Below are positions 55,280-64,000 of a DNA stretch of 64,000 bases, in pieces. The translations under genes and the position numbers were made by a program. The notes below the pieces were generated by a model. It saw nothing but the letters and a program-made list of their open reading frames with translations. It was not told the DNA's origin and did not search any database. Numbering within the stretch: position 1 is the first letter of the stretch; each line of letters opens with the position of its first letter. The stretch is from Felis catus (lineage: Eukaryota): the NCBI RefSeq assembly GCF_018350175.1, contig NC_058373.1, positions 102,054,001-102,118,000 of the forward strand, read 5' to 3'.

Positions 55280-56620
55280 TCAGGAATATAAATTTTTTCC
55301 CATTAGCTACAAATGTCATTGTCAATCGTAGGATATCGTCAGCTATTTTCCCCCAGCTTTCTCCAATGTTAACTCCTTAAACAACTATAGTAGAGTATCA
55401 AAACCAAGAAGTTGACATTGGAACAATTCATACAATTTATTCAGATTTTACCAGTACAGATTTATTTGTGTATGTATTTTTACCAGTACAGATTTATTTG
55501 TGTGTGTGTGTGTGTAACTCAATGCAACTTTAACACATGTAAAGCCTTGTGAAACCACCCCCGTGATCAAGATACCCAACTGTACCATCACCACAGGACT
55601 TGCTCTTGTCACTCCTGTATAGCCATATCCCTCTCCTCCCCATCTTTAACTCTAGCAACCACTCATCGGTTCTCCAACTGTATATTATTTTATGAATATT
55701 ATATAACTGCAATCATATAGTGCAATGGAAACAAAATATCCTTTCAGGCTGGCTTTTCTTAGCATGATTTCTTTGAGATTAATACAAACTGTTGTATGTA
55801 TCAATATTTTATTCCTTTTTGTTGCTGAATTGTGTACCATGGGATGAACGTACCATAGTTTGTTTTACCAGTTAGCCATTGAGGGACATTTGAGTAGTTT
55901 CTAGTGTGAGGCTATTAAGAATAAAGCTGCTAAAGGGGCGCCTGGGTGGCGCAGTCGGTTAAGCGTCCGACTTCAGCCAGGTCACGATCTCGCGGTCCGG
56001 GAGTTCGAGCCCCGCATCGGGCTCTGGGCTGATGGCTCAGAGCCTGGAGCCTGTTTCCGATTCTGTGTCTCCCTCTCTCTCTGCCCCTCCCCCATTCATG
56101 CTCTGTCTCTCTCTGTCCCAAAAATAAATAAACGTTGAAAAAAAAAATTAAAAAAAAAAAAAAAAGAATAAAGCTGCTATGAACAGAGATGTACAAGTTC
56201 CCGTGTGAAGTAAATTTTCATTTCTCTGGGTAAAGTGCCTAAGAGGGCAATTGCTGGTCATATAGTAAGTTCATTTTAGTTTTGAAAGAAATTGCCAAAT
56301 TATTTTCTAGAGTGGTGGTACCATTTTACATTCCCACAGCAATATGAGTGAGCCCGTTTCTCTGCATCCTCACCTACATTTGGTATTGTCACTATTGTGC
56401 ATTTAGCTGCTCTGATACGTGTGTAGTGTATCTCGTTGTAGTCTTAATTTGAATTTCTCTAATGGCTAATGATATTGCACATCTTTTCATGTGTTTATTT
56501 GCCATCTGTATATCCTCTTAGTGAAGTGCATTTATGTCTTTTGCTCATTTTCTGATTGGACTGTATGTTTTATTTTTAATGCTGAGTTTAAGAGTTCTTT
56601 ACATACATATTCTAGATACA
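55280..56620 (-). mobile_element. L1MC/MD-type 3' region, interrupted by a young SINE
   Basis: Reverse L1 3' motifs such as 'accattttacattcccacagcaat' and 'tttctctaatggctaatgat'. Confidence 0.78.
55935..56163 (+). mobile_element. Young SINEC_Fc-type Can-SINE with 16-bp TSD aagaataaagctgcta
   Basis: TSD at 55917-55932 and 56164-56179. Confidence 0.94.
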
Positions 56621-57819
56621 CCCAGTAACTATTTTTAATCAGCTGATATAGTGTTTAATTTGAGGGAGAAATGATGTCATGAAGAGTCTCTATCTCATTG
56701 AACCACACTGATACTCCTCCCTCTTTAGAAAAACCATCTATATCAATTCCAATCCAGCTGTCTTCATCAAGGAACACTCTTGGGGGTGGGGGTGGGGGCA
56801 GGTTCCAACCCTAGACAAAACTTTTTATTTGCCATTAATCTGCTTCACACTCTTCTTTAAAAATTAAAGTGCCAGCTCTTCATCCTTCTTTCTCTAGGGT
56901 TTTTGTTATCAGAGCCACAAAAGCAGCTGAGATAATGTGGACACGGCAATTTTTCTGTTTGTTTTAACATCTTCCCCCAACTTTTCCACTTTCACTAGAT
57001 GGGCGTCTTCTGCCCACTCATTTCTCTGCTTCCCCACCACCTTAGTTTCCCTCTGCTGTGGTTATGGCACTCACTTCTACGTGCCTGTGAAGCTCACTTC
57101 CTCGGGTTAACTGATTCTGCTTCTGTGTCCAAATTCCATGTTTCTGGGAGACAGACTGGGTCCCTGAATATTGGGGGCAGTTGTGCATCTCCAGTGCAGC
57201 TGTGGCCTGGGGAAGTGCAGGCAAGTGGTATGGGGCAGGTGTCTGTTCTGGGGATCTGGCCTGTGTAAGTTTTCTGAAACTAAGGAGGTCTGAGTAGAAA
57301 ATTACTGTCATTTTTATTACAAGGACCAGAGGGAAAAGAAAGTCAGAGAGGTTAAGTGGTTCCCAGAGCCATGTAGCTCCAGTAGAGGAAGTAGAGGCAG
57401 GACAGAAACCCTAAACCTATCAGGCTCCAATGCTTGCACTGTGTCGACTATGCTAACCATCTACCAACATGGTTCCTGCCCTTGAAAACCTGGGTCTCTT
57501 AGTGAGACTAACAAGTATGCGGTTACAGTAGAAACACATGAATTCCAACACAGAAATATACCAGGAGAAAACAGAAAACAGAGATCTGTTAAATGAAATA
57601 CAATTTATAATTAAAAGAACAATAGCATTATTCCTTTCTTAATGAGTTTTCTAGTAGTTTAACTCTATACTTATTTTATTATCCTCCTCATCAAAATACT
57701 TTACTGTGTTTATGAGCCCTTGGGTGACGTGGTTCACTGACATACAGAGTTAATTCCATAAAGTGATAGAAAAAACCAGAATGGCACAAATCCCTGTAAA
57801 TAAGATACATGCTTTTATG

Positions 57820-58200
57820 CAATTTTTGCCCTTTAATCAGCTTTAACTAACTTTCTAATGTTAAATCAATGCTATATTCTTAGGATTAAGTCAATAGGAT
57901 AACTAAATTGTATCTTTTTTATATACACTATGGGATCCGGCCTACTAAAATTTTTAGGAGTTTTCATCCATGTTCATCAGTGAGATTTGGTTTATGATTT
58001 GCCTTCTAGAACTAACTTTGTCAGATTTTGATATTAAGATTATGACAGCTGCTGTATTCAATAATTTCTATAAGATTGGAATTTTTGCTTGACTGTTGAT
58101 AGAACTTGTTTCTAAATTCATCTAGCCTGGTAGTTTCTTTATAAGAAGAATTTTTAAATATTTTGAGAGAGAGAGAGAAAGCATGTGCAAGCAGGGGAAG

Positions 58201-58242
<42 letters not shown>

Positions 58243-61200
58243 CCCAAGCAGGTTCCACACTGTCAGCACAGAGCCCGACATGGGTCTTGAACCCACAAAT
58301 GGTGAGATCATGACCTGAGCTGAAATCAAGACTTGGATGCTAAACCAACTGAGCCACCCAGGCGCCCCAAATACAGCCTAAATTTCTAAAATTGGTTACA
58401 GACTATTCAGATATTCTTTTCTTCAAATCAGTTTTTTTAAAATAACAACTTCATAGAGACATGCCATACAGTCACCCACTTAAAAGCATACAATTCAGTG
58501 GTTTCTAGTAAATCAGAGTTTTACAAACACTGCCACTATCCAATTCCAGAACATTTTCATCACTCCAAAAAGAAACCCTGCAACCATTAGCAGCCACTTA
58601 CCCTTTCCTCTTAGTCCCCAACCCTAGGCAACCACCCAAACACTTTCTCTCCATAGAGAGAAAGTGCCTATTCTGCACATTTCATATAAATGGAATCATA
58701 TAGTATATGGTCTTTTGTGACTGGCTTCTTATAATATTTTCATGTTTCATCCATGTTGCAACATGTAGCAGTACTCCATTTTTTTTATTGCCAAAATTTT
58801 CATTGTATGGATATACCACCTTTGGTTTGTCTCACTTGATGGACATTTGAGATGTTTTTACTTTTTGGCCGTTGTAAGTAATAGTGCTCTGAGCATTTAT
58901 GTACAAGTTTTTGTGTGGACATATGTTTTCATTACTCTTGGGACTTATACCTAGTTGTGGAAATGCTGGGTCATAACTCTATGTTTGTTTGTTTGTTTGT
59001 TTATAATTTTAGAGAGAGAGGGGCGTGTGGGTGGCTCAGTCTGTTAAGTGTCCAGCTTTGGCTCAGGTCATGATCTCACGGTTTGTGGGTTCAAGCCCTG
59101 TGTTGTGCTCTGTGCTGACAACTCAGAGCCTGGAACCTGCTTGGATTCTCTGTCTCCCTCTCTCTGCCCCTCCCCTGCTCGCACTCTCTCTATCTCTCAG
59201 AAATAAACATTAAAAAATTTTTTAAAAATATAATTTGAGAGAGAGTGAGCGAGCAGGAGTAGAGCAGAGAGAGAGAGAATCCCAAGCAGACTCCAAGCTC
59301 AGCACAGAGCCTGACATGGGGCTTGATCCCACAACACTGGGATCATGACCTGAGCCTAAATCAAGAGTCAAACACTCAGCTGACTGAACTGCCAAACTAC
59401 CATTATATGTTCCTGTGTTCCACTATCTGAGGGTTCCAATTTCCCCACATCCTCCTCACCAACACTTGTTATTGTACATCTTTTTCATTATAGCCATCTT
59501 AGTTGGGGGTGAAGAGATATCTCTCTGTAGTTTTTTCATTTTCCTGATGGCAAAAGATATTGAGCACCTTTTCATGTGTTATAGGCCATTTGTGTACTGT
59601 CTTTAGAGAAATGTCTGTTCGAGTCCTTTGACCATTTTTAAATTGGGTTGTCCTTTAATTATTGAGTTTTAAGAGTTGTTTACATATTCTCATTTTTTTA
59701 AATGTTTATTTGAGAGAGAGAGAGCGCGCATGAACTGGGGAGGGGCAGAGAGAAAGGGAGAAACAGAGTCTAAAGCAGGTTCCAGGCTCTGAGCTGTCAG
59801 CATAGAGCCGACGCAGGGCTTGAACCCACGAACTGGAAGATCATGACCTGAGCAGAAGTCAGACGCTTAACCAAGTCACTGGGACATCCCAGAGTTGTTT
59901 ATGTATTGTAGATGCAAGTCCCTTAGCAGATATGATTTGCAAAAAAAACTTCCCATTCTGTGGCTTTTTTCATGTTCTTGATAAGTGTTTTTGAAGCAGT
60001 TTTTAATTTTGATGATGTTGCCTTCGTCCATTTTTGTTTGCTTGTTTCCTTATATTCAAATTCCAGTTAGTTAACATACAGTGTTATATTAGTTTCAGGT
60101 GTACAATATAGTGATTCAACACTTCCACACATCATCCACTGCTCATCACAAGTGCACTGCTTAATCCCCATCACCCATTTCACCCTCCCCCCTCCTGCCC
60201 ACATATTTCTGTTGTTGCTTGTGTTCCTGGTTTATATCTAAGAAATCATTGTTTAATCCAAGGTCACAAAGATTTACACTTGTTTCCTTCTAATAATTTT
60301 ATAATTTTTAGCTCTTACATTTAGGTCTTGATCCATTTGGAATTAAATTTATTTATTTTGAGAGGCAGGGAGGGGCAGAGAGAGGGGGAGAGAGAGAATC
60401 CCAAGCAAGTTCCATGCTCAGCCTGACGTGGGGCTCGATCTCACAACCATGAGATCATGACCTGGGCTGAAAACCAGAGTTGGATGCTTAACCAGTTGAG
60501 CCACTCAGGTGCCCTGGAATTAATTCTTTTTAATGGTTATTTATCTTTAAGAGAGAAAGCAAGTGAGAGAGGACAGAGAAAAGGGGGACAGAGTATCTGA
60601 AGTGGGCTTCGAGCTGACAGAGAGCCTGACACAGGGCCTGAACCCACAAACCACAAGGTCATGACCCAAGCCGAAGTTAGACGCTCAACTGATTGAGCCA
60701 CCCAGGTGCCCCTGGAATTAATTTTTTTATACGGTGTGAAATAGGGGTTCAATTTCATTCTTTTCAATTCCATCCAATTGTCCTAGCATCATTTATGGAA
60801 AAGACTATCCTTTTCCCATTGAATTGTCCTGGCAATCTTGTAAAAAATCAGTTGACTATAAATGTGAGAGTTTATTTTCTAGACCCTCAATTCCATTGCA
60901 TTGATCTATAGGTCTATTCTTATGCCATGTTGTAGCTTTGTATTGTTTTGAAATTGTGAAGTGTGAATCCTCTTTTTTTTTTCCAAAATTATTTTGGCTA
61001 TTTTGGGCTCCTTGAATTTCCATATGAATTTTAGGATCAGCTGGTCATTTTCTGCAAAAAAAGCCAGCTGGAATTTTGATAAGGAAAGCATTGAATCTGT
61101 AGATCATTTTGGGAGTATTGCTATTTTAATAATGCAATGTTAAATCTTTTGGCCCATAAACACAGGAGGTCTTTGCATTTACTTAGGTCTTCTCTTATGT

Positions 61201-61375
61201 CTTTCAACAATGTTTTGTAGGTTAGAGTATAAGTTTTGCACTTATTTGTTAAATTTATTCCTAAGTATTTTAGACTTTTGATGTCTTCAGTCAGTTTTAA
61301 TAAGCTCCGCTTTTGTAGGTATTCATTTCATCAAAATTTTCCAATTTATTGTCATACTTAAGTTATTTAGAATAG
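57820..61375 (-). mobile_element. Minus-strand L1 complex (L1M/L1MB ORF2 end and 3' UTR) with several Can-SINE insertions
   Basis: Reverse ORF2-like text; the ORF at 60906-61091 (LILKFIWKFKEPKIAKIILEKK) is typical L1 ORF2. Confidence 0.85.
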
Positions 61376-61379
61376 TCTT

Positions 61380-61790
61380 GAATTAGTGTTCAACCAGAGA
61401 AATAGAAGCAGCAGGAGAAATTAAAAGATTTATTGCAAGGAATTCATTCACACATTGTGGAGGCTGGAAGACAAAGTGTGAAACCCCAGATCCACAGGGT
61501 AGACCTCCAAGAACGGCAGGCAAGAAATCTGGCTTGAGCCGAAACTGCTGTCTACAGGTATAACTTCTCCCTCAGGAAAGCCTCAGTTCTGCTTTTTAGT
61601 CTTTCAAATGATTGAATCAAGCCCACCCATATTATCTTGGATCATCTTACTTCAAGTCACCAGATTATGGAATTTAATATAATCTCTAATATACTTTCAT
61701 AGGTTATACTAATGTACTAACATAGGTTAGTGTTTCATTGAATAACTGGCAACTGTGGCTAAGCCAATTGACAAATAAAACTGATTGTGA
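61380..61790 (-). mobile_element. MLT2-like ERVL LTR
   Basis: 'ccagagaaatagaa...gatttattgcaaggaatt...gattgaatcaagcccacccatatt...ctaagccaattgacaaataaaa'. Confidence 0.7.
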
Positions 61791-63582
61791 TAGGCCTATG
61801 AAAAATCTGTACCATCTGTAGTTAATAAATTCCTCTTCATTCCTAGTATCACTTATCTGTGCTTTTCATCATGATTAATCTTGCCAAGTATTTTTCTAAC
61901 TTGCGTCTTTCAAAGAACCAACTTTTGGCTGATTCCATTATGTTTATTTTCAATTCCATCACTTGTTGCCTCTTATGATACAGTTCCAGAGAAGGGAGAA
62001 ATTGGTATCAACCATTAGTCCATTCCAGCAAAAGGCCACACTTAAAATTTTAGGCTTAAATTCTTTTCTTTTTTTTTTTTTAAACACTTCTTGGGATCTA
62101 TGTGAAAGAAAAGCACATGCACAGAAAAAAGCCTAATGACATATATCAAAATGTTAAGGGGTTATCTCTGGGTATTAGGATTGGGGATGATGTTTTTCCT
62201 CATTCTTCCTGTATTTAATATGTACTTTTATAGTAATGTGTACATATGTATAATTGCTATGTTATACACCTGAAACTAATATAATACTGTGTCAGTTGTA
62301 CTTCAACTAAAAAAGTATTATTTCTAATTAAATGTGATGCAGGACTATTTTATTTTTTAATGTAGGTTTCTTGATTGATCCTAGATTGGGGCGGGGAGGC
62401 TAAATGGTACTTTGGGGGAAATTTTAATACGAAATGCATGTTAGGCAATAATATTCTTCTCTTAAATTTCTGTGGCATAATAATGATATTGTGGTTATGT
62501 AGAAGTATGTCTCTTTTTAGGGGACACATGTTGAGGTACTGAGGGGTAAAATGTCATGATGCATATTTCAAATGACTTGAGAAAAACACTATTTATAAAG
62601 CATGTATAGCAAAATGTCAACAATAAGTCAATCTAGATAGAGGGTGTATGTATGTTCACTATACTACTTTAAATTTTCCAAAATAAAAATGGGAGAAAAT
62701 TATATACTTCTATAATAAAGCAGTTGGAGGACAACAAAGGCCCATAAGAAACCAGTCACTGATGAAGATACTTTCTACATGGATGGATCTCATCCTTTTG
62801 TCTTCAGGGATCTGTTCCATGTTAATGCTAGTGGCTCACCACAGGCTGCTGCACCGACCGGAGAGGCTGTAGAGTACCACAGCCCCCGGAGTTGGCAGGC
62901 CTAACTCAGTGCTCACTAACTTGCTCTCTGGAATAATCAGATGATGCCCTTTTGATGACTGTGAAGTATTAAAATTACCTCCTTTTTGAAAAGTCTTTAC
63001 TACCAGTGAATGAAATTAAGCAAATGGCAATATTCAACAGCACAGAATAAGCTCAGAATAGGCAATATTACTGACATCATGATGGTGGCTAATATATTCA
63101 TTTATTTCCACTTTCCCACCATTAAGCACTAATTCTCTGGAAAAGCAGTTTTTTTTTTGTTTTTTTTTTTTTTTTAGGGTTTAATCATATACAGCAAAGG
63201 AATAAGGATAAGGTCTTGGTTTCAAAGTTCTGATTTACGAGTTAAACCAAGTCAATACAAAAATGTTCCTGTGCTTGCTATGGCATATACAAAAATGCTC
63301 CTTCAACCAAATAAAACTAGGGGACTAAAAACACTTTTTGCAAATCCGTGGTATTATCAGGTTCCTATAGATCTACAATATAACACTGAAGGATTATATC
63401 CTATGTACAATAAGCAAGTTGAGGAAATAACAATACATGTCTACTAACACCCTTTCCAAAGTATTATAAATAAACTTTTACTTCAGGATCTTGAAATAAA
63501 AATTCATACAGTATTCACAATGAAACCCAAAGATAAAGCAAGATGAAATAGTCAATAGCATGATTAAGAATGGCTGACATTT

Positions 63583-63797
63583 GGGGCGCCTGGGTGGCTC
63601 AGTCGGTTGGGCGTCCGACTTTGGCTCAGGTCATGATATCGTGATTTGTCACGCGATTTGTGAGTTCGAGCCCTGTGTCCAGCTCTGTGCTGACAGGAGC
63701 CTGGAGCCTGATTCAGATTCTGTGTCTCCCCCTCTCTCTGCCCCTCCCATGCTCTTGCTCTGTGTTTCTCTTTAATAAATAAACATTAAAAAAAAAA
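63583..63797 (+). mobile_element. Can-SINE with TSD-like aat(g/a)gctgacattt
   Basis: SINE body and flanking repeat. Confidence 0.9.
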
Positions 63798-64000
63798 ATA
63801 GCTGACATTTATAGAAAACATTACTATGTACCAGGAATTAAGTGCTTTTATCTCATTTAATTCTCATTAACAATGCTATGAAGTAAAATTATTAAAACCA
63901 TTTTACAGATGAGTGGTCAAAGGCTAGAAATTTGCCCAAGGTTCATTCAGCTGGTACATACCATAGTGGGTCTTCAGACCCAAGTAGTTTGGCTTTGAAA

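Overview
Mammalian, felid (cat-like) genomic DNA, judged from about 60 tRNA-Lys-derived Can-SINEs, including young SINEC_Fc-type copies. The only coding sequence I can support is exon 1 of GTP cyclohydrolase 1 (GCH1) on the minus strand (ATG at 25479, splice donor at 25140/25139). It lies in a CpG island with a compact GC-box/CRE/CCAAT/TATA-like promoter. Positions 1-25139 are GCH1 intron 1; I found no exon 2 in the window. Positions ~26100-64000 are upstream intergenic DNA rich in SINEs, nested L1s, MaLR/ERVL/ERV1 LTRs, hAT MITEs and a piggyBac (Looper-like) transposase relic, possibly reaching the 3' end of the syntenic neighbour WDHD1. I found no convincing novel multi-gene system. The best leads are an in-frame, strong-context CUG upstream of the GCH1 ATG, an interferon-type motif cluster in intron 1, the piggyBac relic, and insertion sites reused several times. 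Repeat family names are from recognition rather than a database search, and old-repeat boundaries are approximate.
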